Source: a virus
Direction: 5' to 3' (one strand)
Length of the DNA stretch: 64,000 nucleotides
IMG/VR virus record: IMGVR_UViG_3300018868_001080
Shown here: one piece after another, positions 18,768 to 28,099 of the stretch
How the letters are laid out: each line of letters starts with the position of its first letter
How positions within the stretch are numbered: position 1 is the stretch's first letter
The notes under the pieces: model-generated
Told to the model about the DNA's origin: nothing
Seen by the model: only the letters and a program-made list of their open reading frames with translations
Databases searched by the model: none
Made by a program: the position numbers and the translations under genes

Positions 18768-20089
18768 GTGACATGCCCTTTTGTTTGGCCCCTTGGGCAG
18801 GCATACATGCATTGCCAGATGGCCTGGTGTATCCTTGTTGCATGTCCACATTTGATCCTGAGAACGCGTTTGGTGACCTGAATGATAATGCAATTGAAGA
18901 TATCTTGAATTCAGAAAAAGCCAAGCAATTCAGATGCAAGATGATGGCAAATGAGCCAGATCAGAAGGCTTGCAGCCATTGCGTGAGTGAGGAAAAGACA
19001 GGTACAAAGAGTTTTCGTCATCACTGGAATACCAAGTATGCACATGCACTGCCACTTGTTGACAAGACAGACAAAGATGGTCATTATCATTTTGAAAACT
19101 TTCCCTACATTGATATACGGTTGTCCAGTTTGTGCAATTTTAAATGCAGAATGTGTCACAGTGGTTTGAGCTCTTCTTGGTTGCTAGAGGATGTGAAGTA
19201 TGCATCAAATTATCAAAATTCTTTCAATTCCAAGACTGGTGTCATTGAAATACCACAAAAAGAAAAACTTATCAAATTTATCATTGACAGAATTGAGCAT
19301 GTGGAAGAAATTGAGTTTGCAGGTGGTGAGCCTTTTCTAATATCTGATTACTTCACTTTGATAAAAGAATTTAAAAGGGTAAACAATCTTAACGTTAAAA
19401 TAAGATTTCATACCAATGCATCATCTTTGTTTTGCAAAGGTGAGTACATACCGGACTTACTCAAAGAGTTTAAGAACGTTTTTATCATGCTAAGCATTGA
19501 TGGTCATGCCCAAGTTAATGACTACATGAGAAAAGGAAGCATATACAAAAAAATTATTGCAAATGTGAGTCAGCTCAAGCAAATTGTGCCTCAAGCATTC
19601 CTAAGATTGGTACCCACCATTAGCATACCCACCATATACAGTGTGCCTTTCCTGTATGCAGACTTTCTACGCAAAGGGTTAGTTGGTCATGCAGACATTG
19701 CATGCAGACCATTGTACGGGCCTGAATATCTGAACATACAAACATTGCCGTTGGAGGACAAGTTAAAAATTCTAAAGTTTTACAATTGCTTCATTGACAA
19801 TGTGGCAGTTAAGCTTTTGCAGCGTTTCTCAGAAGAAAGTGTTGCATATGTGCGGCAAGAGTTCTCATCCATCATGAATTTCATGTTGCTCAAGAATCAA
19901 ATTGAGCCATTCAATAGCAAGAGATTCAAAGAGAGCATCAAGCGACTGGATGTGAGACGCAATGAAAGTTATGAAGATATTTTTCCTGAAACTGCACATC
20001 TGTTGTCAGGTGATGTGTCAACATACAACTTGGATATCAAATATAATGAGTTGAAGAACTTTGTAGATGGTATACAATATAACCAATGA
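18764..20089 (+). CDS. Radical SAM protein with N-terminal twitch/SPASM-like domain
   Basis: CLAPW..PCC..CSHC; CNFKCRMC; FAGGEPF. Confidence 0.9.
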   Translation: MSDMPFCLAPWAGIHALPDGLVYPCCMSTFDPENAFGDLNDNAIEDILNSEKAKQFRCKMMANEPDQKACSHCVSEEKTGTKSFRHHWNTKYAHALPLVDKTDKDGHYHFENFPYIDIRLSSLCNFKCRMCHSGLSSSWLLEDVKYASNYQNSFNSKTGVIEIPQKEKLIKFIIDRIEHVEEIEFAGGEPFLISDYFTLIKEFKRVNNLNVKIRFHTNASSLFCKGEYIPDLLKEFKNVFIMLSIDGHAQVNDYMRKGSIYKKIIANVSQLKQIVPQAFLRLVPTISIPTIYSVPFLYADFLRKGLVGHADIACRPLYGPEYLNIQTLPLEDKLKILKFYNCFIDNVAVKLLQRFSEESVAYVRQEFSSIMNFMLLKNQIEPFNSKRFKESIKRLDVRRNESYEDIFPETAHLLSGDVSTYNLDIKYNELKNFVDGIQYNQ

Positions 20090-21006
20090 ATACAGAATTA
20101 GATAACAGTAATATTGCCAAGCATTTGGGTAAGATCACTGGGTACAAGTGCACTTATGATCCCACATTGTTGGTTCGTGAACCCAGATGCAACAACAGAA
20201 AGCATTTGAATATTAGTGATGAAGCACCACCCTTTTGTGGTTATGATATTTGGAATGCATATGAGGTGTCTTGCTTGACCAATGAAGGCATGCCCATTGC
20301 TGCCATTGCCAAGTGTGTGTACCCTGCAACCAACAAATACATTGTGGAGTCCAAGTCCATCAAGCTGTACATGAATACTTTCAACATGGAGAAGTTTAGT
20401 GGCAGCATAGTTAGCGTTTTGAAGCAGTTGGAACAGGTGATTGCAAAAGACCTATCCACCCTATTAGAAACTGATGTGCAGGTCTATGTTCGTCTTACAA
20501 AAGCGGTTGATGAAGAGATGCATTATCCTCCCTTGTTTCCACGCACTGCATATCCTACACTGGAGAACAACATTGATGTGACGACTATCAAGTCCAGAGG
20601 TTACAAAGAGGATCCAGAATTACTTGGTTGGTTGCAAGGTGATGCAAGCAAAGTGCAGCGCTTTCATTCCGCCCTGTTAAAGAGCAATTGCCGGGTCACA
20701 TCCCAACCAGATTGGGGTGATGTGTACATACATTACAAAGGACCTTATGAGCTTAACCAAACCTCTTTGTTGCAATACATTGTGTCATTCAGAGATGAAT
20801 GTCATTTTCATGAAGAGATATGTGAGACCATTTACAAGCGCTTGCATGATCTGACAAAACCTGAAGAGCTCATGGTGGCCTGTTTGTATGTGAGACGTGG
20901 TGGCATTGACATCAATCCCATCCGAGCCAGTAGCCCAGAGCTGTTGGCACAGAATTGTGCCATTTGGGACAAGTACAAGTACTTTACTAAAACAGTGCGT
21001 CAGTGA
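20086..21006 (+). CDS. queF: preQ0 reductase QueF (bimodular type)
   Basis: VESKSIKLY, KSNCRVTSQPDWG, FHEEICE, RRGGIDINP. Confidence 0.95.
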   Translation: MNTELDNSNIAKHLGKITGYKCTYDPTLLVREPRCNNRKHLNISDEAPPFCGYDIWNAYEVSCLTNEGMPIAAIAKCVYPATNKYIVESKSIKLYMNTFNMEKFSGSIVSVLKQLEQVIAKDLSTLLETDVQVYVRLTKAVDEEMHYPPLFPRTAYPTLENNIDVTTIKSRGYKEDPELLGWLQGDASKVQRFHSALLKSNCRVTSQPDWGDVYIHYKGPYELNQTSLLQYIVSFRDECHFHEEICETIYKRLHDLTKPEELMVACLYVRRGGIDINPIRASSPELLAQNCAIWDKYKYFTKTVRQ

Positions 21007-21399
21007 TTAACCGTTGAGATTCCAGAGCCTGCGCTGCTCTGAGCTCACACTGTCAAAACCATTGTCTGCCAATGTCTGTGCTGCTGTGCCAGTGGCACAT
21101 GTGAAGATGGAGCTGGAATTGTTTGCCCTTTGCAGTGCAAATTGTGCACCATCATAAGCTTTGTCCACTCGGAATGATGTGTCGACACCATCAAGGGAGC
21201 CTGAAAGGACTGCATATGTGCTTGTCAAGCTACCAGTAGCAGCTTGAAACAGCAATGACTGTGCAGTGCTGCCTATGGTAATGAGATTGACTCCCAGAAA
21301 ACTACCTGCAGCATCTACAGCTGACTTGGATAGGTTCAAAGATGTGGGGTTTGAAACAGCGGGATCCTTGACTTGATATGTGAATGAAATTGATGCCAT
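21007..21399 (-). CDS. Late hypothetical protein, possibly capsid-associated
   Basis: Downstream of gp23; TAAATA-N5-ATG. Confidence 0.55.
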   Translation of the reverse strand: MASISFTYQVKDPAVSNPTSLNLSKSAVDAAGSFLGVNLITIGSTAQSLLFQAATGSLTSTYAVLSGSLDGVDTSFRVDKAYDGAQFALQRANNSSSIFTCATGTAAQTLADNGFDSVSSEQRRLWNLNG

Positions 21400-21441
21400 G
21401 TAATTATTTATGCAAAATTATCATAATTTTTGTTAATAACC

Positions 21442-21474
21442 AAAAAAAAAGGGCCCCGCAAGAGGCCCTTTTTT
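21442..21474. terminator. Bidirectional intrinsic terminator after gp23
   Basis: A9-GGGCC..GCAA..GGCCC-T6. Confidence 0.85.
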
Positions 21475-21531
21475 AACTATCCTAGGACTTACTAGGTGAA
21501 ATATTTTTCTTTTACAACTCTATCTCTTCGG

Positions 21532-23034
21532 TTAGAAGTAGACTGATTGTGTTCCAGGGGTAAAGGCAACGCCTAGACCCGAGAGGATGATAACGTGATA
21601 GTACAAGTTAGCACCAAAGATGTTATCGACAACACCGTAGCGGGTCATGAGACCAACACGGGGTGCGAAATCATTGGGACCAATTGTACGCTGTACCATG
21701 ACAGGGATGTATGGGCAGTAGATAATACCAGTATCATAGAACTCAGGACCCTTGTAGCCCAGAAGGGCATACTCGAGTGGCTGATTCCGGGTACCAGATT
21801 GGAACTGTGCCTCAGTACGTGTGTCACGATACACATTAAAACGTCCACCAAGCGAACCTACCTTAGCCACGCCTACCGGTTGTGTGTTTACGTTACCCTG
21901 GACAGGTACCCACTGGAATTCAGGGAGCATCTCTAGGATAGCACAAACGCGAGGTGTTGCAACAACAAAGTTGGCTGCACCACGACGATTACGAACGGCA
22001 ATACGGTTAGCTTCGATAATTAGTCTCTGATAGAAATCGCGATTACGTTCAACGAGCCAACGGCCGTCTGCTGAAGCTGGGCTCCAAACAGAGTAGCCGG
22101 CGCCTGCGCCAGCGTTTAGAGCGACCTGGATCATGCGGATGATCATTTCACGATCGATTTCTGCCTGTAGCTCATAGCTCATAGCATTTGTCAATTCTGT
22201 GTCAATGTCAATACCGTTCATGTTCTTGAGATCTTGCTCTAATTCAACTGACCAACGCGCGCCTAGTCTACGTGTACCGGCTTCAACTGCAGTTTTCTCG
22301 AAGGAAACCACGACCTGAGGGATAGATCCCGTCAATTCGTAATCCTTGAGAATACGTGCCACACCTGCATCTGATCCGAGGATCGAGAAGGCAGAGTTAC
22401 CGGACAAGCCGGCAGATGATGTACCAGTGAAACGTGTATCTAGGAACTGATAACCCAATTCTTGTCCATCAGTACCTGCGGCAGTCTGACTGCCGTAGTT
22501 TGTACCAACGGTTGTACCGGTGGCTGATGGCTGACCATCAACACCGTTACCAAGGGCTTCATTCTCGTAACGATAGCGCAAAGCAAATGCCAAACCCACT
22601 GGGCCTGACATGGGCTGCACGCCAACGATTTCATTAGAAATAAGTTCGGGGAACGTTCTACGAATCATGGGAATCAAGATCTTAGGAAGACGATAATCAC
22701 CAGCTGCATAGGTATCAGTTCCAGGTGTGCCAGCTGGATTTGAATTCCAACCGCCTGTTTGTGATGTGCCTATTGAGCCACCGGCAGTGCCGGCAGCATT
22801 TGAACCAGCTTGATTAGCATAACCAACGGCAGGGCTATAATTAGGCCCTGCTTCTCTCAAGCACCACTGCTCTTGGTTTTCCAAGAGAATGGCTGTGTTC
22901 AAACGGGTATGATCATCTTCGATAGCTGCAACGTTCTTGGAAGTGTAATCCAATACTGGACTCCACTTTTCAAGAAGAGCTGAAGCTCTTGACTCGTCAA
23001 TGTATGACTGCGAAGGACGAACAACTTTTTTCAT
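21532..23034 (-). CDS. gp23: Major capsid protein (T4 gp23-like)
   Basis: TAILLENQ, GVQPMSGPVGLAFA, WSVELEQDLK, EIDRE, YCPYIP, GLMTRYG. Confidence 0.97.
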   Translation of the reverse strand: MKKVVRPSQSYIDESRASALLEKWSPVLDYTSKNVAAIEDDHTRLNTAILLENQEQWCLREAGPNYSPAVGYANQAGSNAAGTAGGSIGTSQTGGWNSNPAGTPGTDTYAAGDYRLPKILIPMIRRTFPELISNEIVGVQPMSGPVGLAFALRYRYENEALGNGVDGQPSATGTTVGTNYGSQTAAGTDGQELGYQFLDTRFTGTSSAGLSGNSAFSILGSDAGVARILKDYELTGSIPQVVVSFEKTAVEAGTRRLGARWSVELEQDLKNMNGIDIDTELTNAMSYELQAEIDREMIIRMIQVALNAGAGAGYSVWSPASADGRWLVERNRDFYQRLIIEANRIAVRNRRGAANFVVATPRVCAILEMLPEFQWVPVQGNVNTQPVGVAKVGSLGGRFNVYRDTRTEAQFQSGTRNQPLEYALLGYKGPEFYDTGIIYCPYIPVMVQRTIGPNDFAPRVGLMTRYGVVDNIFGANLYYHVIILSGLGVAFTPGTQSVYF

Positions 23035-23113
23035 ATTTTGAATAAATTTCTCCGTAACATAAGTCGACCGTTTTTTTCCTATTAAGGCTAAAGCCTAAAC
23101 GAAACTGCAAAAA

Positions 23114-24001
23114 TTAGTATTTGCTGAGCTCTTTGAGGTAGTATTTGGATGAATCATCATCAGCAGGCAGATTTGTGTTCTCACCAATTATTTTTTCTTC
23201 AATAATGGGACGATCTACCTGGGATGAAGATGAATCTTCAACTGCTTCAGTGGCCAGTGTTTCGAGCCGTTCTGTCTCAGACTTTTCAAACATTTTAACA
23301 GTGTAGTCAAAATTCTCTTTGACAAATTCAGGATTCTTGCCAGCAAAAAGTTTAACAACTTGTTTAACTTTCTGTGGATCCATGTCTTTTGTCTTTTCTG
23401 CAAAGAGATTTGTTTCTTCAATCTCTTGGAGTTTTGACTTCAATGCTGCATTCTCTGAGAGAACAGCTTCAAGCTTTTTATAAGCTTCATTAATTTGATT
23501 CTTGCCGTCAACAATGGCATCACGAATAGAACTATTCGCAAGTGCTTCATCAACAGCCAGAGTCTTTTTGATGCCTTCAAGAACAGCAACTGCTCGCTTG
23601 TTCTTTACTGCTTCATTGATTGATGCAGCAGGTATTGCTTCATCAATGTAAAGTTCCAAATAATTTGATATGTTTTCAACCAAATTGCCTTTGAAATTCT
23701 TGGCGTCTTTGTCAGACATGTTTTCATATTTTTTGAGAACATTCTGCAATTTGCCAGTGTGATCAGCAACCACTGCTTCATACACTTTGGTCAGCTTGGC
23801 TGTGTGATCTGTGTCAATGGCAGATACTAGCTTCTCAAGCTTGCTGGAATAATCTTCATCTTGCTCAATGAGTGCTTTCTCAACATGCAGTTGCACCTTG
23901 GTGTTGACTGCTTCATTAAAAATATTCTGCAACTCATTCAATGTCTCTTCAGACAAAATATCTTTGGTTGCTTCTTTGAGTACGTCTTTTACTTCTTTCA
24001 T
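23114..24001 (-). CDS. gp22: Prohead core scaffolding protein (gp22-like; start revised to MKEVKD)
   Basis: Acidic coiled-coil between gp21 and gp23; LVENISNYLE, YYLKELSKY. Confidence 0.85.
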   Translation of the reverse strand: MKEVKDVLKEATKDILSEETLNELQNIFNEAVNTKVQLHVEKALIEQDEDYSSKLEKLVSAIDTDHTAKLTKVYEAVVADHTGKLQNVLKKYENMSDKDAKNFKGNLVENISNYLELYIDEAIPAASINEAVKNKRAVAVLEGIKKTLAVDEALANSSIRDAIVDGKNQINEAYKKLEAVLSENAALKSKLQEIEETNLFAEKTKDMDPQKVKQVVKLFAGKNPEFVKENFDYTVKMFEKSETERLETLATEAVEDSSSSQVDRPIIEEKIIGENTNLPADDDSSKYYLKELSKY

Positions 24002-24008
24002 AAATTGT

Positions 24009-24161
24009 TTATTTTGCAACCTTGGAGATTCTTTGCATGATCTTCTCTTCAATTGCAGTCTTTAAGTATTTATTGGCCGCGGCAAAGTTTTTCTCAGAAA
24101 TTGCTTGAATAAATTGATTAATTTTCAGCTTTGCCCCGTTCTTGACTAAGTCTTTCTGCAT
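24009..24161 (-). CDS. 50-aa prohead core-like protein (gp67-like), absent from the ORF track
   Basis: MQKDLVKNGAKLKINQFIQAISEKNFAAANKYLKTAIEEKIMQRISKVAK; TAAATA-N5-ATG; lies in the head module. Confidence 0.65.
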   Translation of the reverse strand: MQKDLVKNGAKLKINQFIQAISEKNFAAANKYLKTAIEEKIMQRISKVAK

Positions 24162-24169
24162 AAAAATAT

Positions 24170-24844
24170 TTATACTGCCAGAGTCATTTTTTTAAAGAAA
24201 TTTGATATTTGTTCTTTTAAATATGACTCCACATCCACTCTAGGCAAGTTCTTCAGTGTGTTGCAAAACGTGTCATACACCTCTGCATACTTGCCATCTG
24301 CTTCCAGAACAAACTGCTTGGATTCCAGAATACCATTGACAAAGGCCTTGGGAAACGATGGATCTGCAACACAATCAATGGCCACCAGACGCATTTCTGT
24401 GACACGTTGTATGCCACTGGATTGTTCTTCAAGCTTGCCCAAGGCGCGCGATGACATGCCAACTCGCACACCATCATTCACAAGAGAGCGCACAATCATG
24501 CCCATGGGGGTGGTTAACACCTTGGATTTGCCATAAAATACATTACCATCTTGCTTGAGCTCTGTAACCAAGTGACAAGCTCTTTCCAAGTCCACATCAG
24601 CAGTGGTGGGGTGATTTAATTCTCCCATGGAGCGGTTATTCTTGATGAGCTCGTCACTGTACCGTGTTACTTCACGTGCCATTTCATTCACATCATACAC
24701 TCTGTTATTTTTATTAACACCTTCAGCCATCATGTATGGTCCATTGATGTACAGAGTGGCAGGGCCTTTGGAATTCTTCTCTTCTAAAACATATTCAAAT
24801 TGTTCTTCAGGAGCAGGTCTTTCTACCAATAGTTTTAGAGCCAT
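24170..24844 (-). CDS. gp21: Prohead protease (gp21-like)
   Basis: NKNNRVY, GELNHP, GMSSRALG, DCVADPS. Confidence 0.95.
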   Translation of the reverse strand: MALKLLVERPAPEEQFEYVLEEKNSKGPATLYINGPYMMAEGVNKNNRVYDVNEMAREVTRYSDELIKNNRSMGELNHPTTADVDLERACHLVTELKQDGNVFYGKSKVLTTPMGMIVRSLVNDGVRVGMSSRALGKLEEQSSGIQRVTEMRLVAIDCVADPSFPKAFVNGILESKQFVLEADGKYAEVYDTFCNTLKNLPRVDVESYLKEQISNFFKKMTLAV

Positions 24845-24882
24845 AATAATATTTATATCTTGGAAATGCTATTTTTATGAGC

Positions 24883-25725
24883 TTAGTACAGATATCCTGT
24901 CAAAATAACCTTACCATTTAATACAGTATAACTACCATTGCCTATGGCATATGCTGTGTCTACGCGCAAATATAATGTGTCGCCAGGTGTAGCAGTAGTT
25001 GACCGGGCGGCGGTTAATGAGCTTCTAGCCCACTGATTGATACTCAAAGTAGCACTACTTGAAAATGGTGACACCGTGGGTGTGATCTGATTGGCCAAGA
25101 CAGTGGCTGAGTTGCTGTTGTAAACTCTAAAAACGGGCATGGTGTCAGTACTACCCACAGCACCAGTCACAGCGTCCACTGTGAAAATGAGATCTTGTGG
25201 TGCAAACCTAAAGCCTGCTGGCACAACACCTATGGTTGCATAAGTGCCAACTGCAGCCAGATAATTAACTGTGCCAGTTGTGTACACTTGGTTTCTTAGA
25301 AAGGAGCTTGTGCCTGATGTGGCAGCAGCAAAAGTACCAGTGCCAGTTCTATATATGATGCCGTTATCAGTTATGTTATGCAAGGCTAATGCTTGACCTG
25401 ACAAAGCAGTTACCGGGCTGCCTGCCACGCCATCACCATCAGTGACCGCGATGCCAGTGCCACTTGCTATGGTTCTGCCTGCTACTGTGCCAGCTGCAGT
25501 TCTGGTTATGAGACCATTTGTGCCTAAGTTGTGCAACGCCAATGCTTGGCCGGATAAAGCGGTTACCGGGCTGCCTGCCACGCCATCACCATCAGTGACC
25601 GCGATGCCAGTGCCACTTGCTATGGTTCTGCCTGCTACTGTGCCAGCTGCAGTCCTAGTTATGAGACCATTTGTATTCAAGTTGTGCAACGCCAATGCTT
25701 GTCCTGTTAATGATATTTGACCCAT
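24883..25725 (-). CDS. Fibre-like structural protein with 51-aa tandem repeats
   Basis: About 2.4 copies of GQALALHNL.TNGLITRTAAGTVAGRTIASGTGIAVTDGDGVAGSPVTA; late promoter. Confidence 0.65.
   Translation of the reverse strand: MGQISLTGQALALHNLNTNGLITRTAAGTVAGRTIASGTGIAVTDGDGVAGSPVTALSGQALALHNLGTNGLITRTAAGTVAGRTIASGTGIAVTDGDGVAGSPVTALSGQALALHNITDNGIIYRTGTGTFAAATSGTSSFLRNQVYTTGTVNYLAAVGTYATIGVVPAGFRFAPQDLIFTVDAVTGAVGSTDTMPVFRVYNSNSATVLANQITPTVSPFSSSATLSINQWARSSLTAARSTTATPGDTLYLRVDTAYAIGNGSYTVLNGKVILTGYLY
25345..25710. repeat. 153-bp near-identical tandem repeat
   Basis: gccatcaccatcagtgaccgcg at about 25429 and 25582. Confidence 0.8.
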
Positions 25726-25741
25726 GTAGTTATTTATCTAC

Positions 25742-27370
25742 CTAGATAACCCTATCAATAAAGTATTTTGGTAATCTGTCTTTGTGTGTCTTTATGACAT
25801 CCACTATGTTACCGTCCAGGATGTACGTAACAGAGTAATCATTTTTGCTTCTTGTAGCTCTTCCAGTTGCTTGCACCATGGCGTTCAACATTTTATCAAT
25901 GTACCAGGTTTTGTCCAATTCAAACAACTTCTTGATTCTTTTGGAAGATAATGGCAAGTATGGCAGTTTGACTATGATTTGAAATCTAGCCAATTCATCC
26001 TTGAGATCAATACCAAAGGACAATGATGGTGACACCAGCACAGTAGGTGCACTGCTCAAGGAATGCTCCTTGAGAATATCTTCATTTTTTGACGATAGCT
26101 CCCTGAAGAGAAATCTATCACCACTCAAATTTGCTTTAATATATTCTGTTATCTCCATGGTATGGGTGTGTATGATACCCTTTTCATCTTTATGAAAATC
26201 ACAAATTTGCTTAATCTTGTTAACAATTTCTGGCAATTCTGTTTTAATGGTTTTATAGTTTAACTTGTTCTTAGATGTGACATATATGGGTGATTTTGAC
26301 GATTCAAAAGTGGAGTCAACCTCCACATATTCATAATCTTTGATGCCCAGCGTTTTTGCAAAGTTTTTATGATCAATGATGGTAGCAGACATTAACAAGA
26401 TGTTATCACCATAATCAAAGATATATTTTGATAATTTGTCCACTTTGAGTGGTGTGAACAAGGCACGGCGTGAATCCTTGTCCACAACAAACTCACACTC
26501 ATCCCACAGCGATTCAATAATTGCAAGATTGCTGTGTAGGTTCTTGAGATAGCGAATTTTAATTTTGTCCAATGGAGATAGATTGGTTATTTTTTTGGTG
26601 TTCCTGCTTTGTAGCAGGCCAATTGTTTCGCTGAGACGAAAGATGAGCTCGTACAGCCAGACACGAGTTTTCTGCATGCTCTCTGTGACCAGAGGCAGCA
26701 CACTGATATCGTAGCTCCTCAATCTGTCATAATCAATGAGAGCAGAGAACCGTCTCACCAATTCATCCTCTAATTCTGACGCTTCATCACACACAATAAA
26801 ATTTTTTCGTTTCACATGATCTGGCAGAGATAAAAACATTTTGTAATTTAAAATGGAGAACCTGTCCAGCAGAGCAGTGTTTCTTGCAGCATAATAAGGA
26901 CATATATTTTTTGTCCAGCAATCCTCCTTGAGCTTGCTTACTAATACACATGGTGCAGACTCCACATCAAAATTTTCATCCACATGGCATTGATAATTTG
27001 TTTTGCCCTTCAATAGTTTGCCATCCTCAAACAACTGAATGTATTGGTCTTGCAGAGATTTTGTTATGGTCAGAGTGAAGGTGCCAAAGGCAGGTTCCTT
27101 CCTTGCGTCTGCTTCATGTGTATAATTGCCACTGTAATCTTGTCTGAATGCATCATAACTGTTGATAAGACTGGTATATGCTGCAGTGGGTGGTGTGCTC
27201 AGATTAGCCAATGTCTTGCCAAGAAAGCTTTTACCTGTGCCTGTGGGCGCACAGCAGATCACAAACTTCTTTCCTTTGGCAAAAGCTTTCTCAACACCAT
27301 CAATCAACTGTATCTGACTGCTGCTCGGAGTATAGTTTTGAGGAAAATAAGAAACTAATTTTTTCTGCAC
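25742..27370 (-). CDS. DinG/XPD-family SF2 helicase with putative Fe-S cluster
   Basis: APTGTGKS, four Cys ending CPYY, DEASELE, LMSAT, GIDL, QATGRATR. Confidence 0.88.
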   Translation of the reverse strand: MQKKLVSYFPQNYTPSSSQIQLIDGVEKAFAKGKKFVICCAPTGTGKSFLGKTLANLSTPPTAAYTSLINSYDAFRQDYSGNYTHEADARKEPAFGTFTLTITKSLQDQYIQLFEDGKLLKGKTNYQCHVDENFDVESAPCVLVSKLKEDCWTKNICPYYAARNTALLDRFSILNYKMFLSLPDHVKRKNFIVCDEASELEDELVRRFSALIDYDRLRSYDISVLPLVTESMQKTRVWLYELIFRLSETIGLLQSRNTKKITNLSPLDKIKIRYLKNLHSNLAIIESLWDECEFVVDKDSRRALFTPLKVDKLSKYIFDYGDNILLMSATIIDHKNFAKTLGIKDYEYVEVDSTFESSKSPIYVTSKNKLNYKTIKTELPEIVNKIKQICDFHKDEKGIIHTHTMEITEYIKANLSGDRFLFRELSSKNEDILKEHSLSSAPTVLVSPSLSFGIDLKDELARFQIIVKLPYLPLSSKRIKKLFELDKTWYIDKMLNAMVQATGRATRSKNDYSVTYILDGNIVDVIKTHKDRLPKYFIDRVI

Positions 27371-27383
27371 GTACTAATTGTAG

Positions 27384-27722
27384 TTATAAGAACTCAATGA
27401 TCAAGGTATTATCGTAAAATTTTGAAAACTTCTGTCTTTTTAAAAGCTTAATAATTGTCTCCAGTTCCTTATTCTTCTTGGTGAGTGTGTAATTTGTGTA
27501 ATCAAAAAATAGTTGGTTTTTTTCAAATTTATATGTGTACGGGTAAGGTATTTCAATATATTTGTATGCATTGTCTCCCACACAAAGCTTGAAGTGCAGA
27601 TAGAACTCTTTGAAGGAAAAAAGTATCAGCTTGCCCTCTCTTAATATTTTGTTATTGATTTTAAATTTGAGATCTTTTTGAAAAATCGAAGTCACATCTT
27701 TTTCTAAATTAAGAATGCTCAT
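27384..27722 (-). CDS. Hypothetical protein
   Basis: Coupled ORF within an operon. Confidence 0.6.
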   Translation of the reverse strand: MSILNLEKDVTSIFQKDLKFKINNKILREGKLILFSFKEFYLHFKLCVGDNAYKYIEIPYPYTYKFEKNQLFFDYTNYTLTKKNKELETIIKLLKRQKFSKFYDNTLIIEFL

Positions 27723-28099
27723 GTGTTCATGAACCTTTCTTTCTCTGCAACTGACATGAAGCGCAGACTTTCATTAAAATATTTCCAAAATTCATCATCC
27801 GTGATAGGTATTGTTTTTATGAGCTCACAGCTCTCCATGTTGATGCATCTAAAATCTTGCATGAAAATGTCCCATGTTATGATAATATTTTTGTTAGTAG
27901 GATCAAATTTTGGTCGTCTTTTAGGCTGCTTGTAATTTAATAAGATCTTACCATTTATACTACCCAACAAGCCTGCACTGTTGGTGCATAGCATTCTGCG
28001 CGTGAGCGGTTCACCTGCAACAGGCCGCTTCCTAGAAAACTTCACTTCACAAACATTATTTTCTAGGAGATTTTTTAGGGACCCTAGTGTTATTTTCAT
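27719..28099 (-). CDS. SH3/WYL_2-like beta-barrel protein (start revised to MKITLG)
   Basis: VCEVKF..RRMLCT..ITWDI..DFRCI pattern. Confidence 0.6.
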   Translation of the reverse strand: MKITLGSLKNLLENNVCEVKFSRKRPVAGEPLTRRMLCTNSAGLLGSINGKILLNYKQPKRRPKFDPTNKNIIITWDIFMQDFRCINMESCELIKTIPITDDEFWKYFNESLRFMSVAEKERFMNT

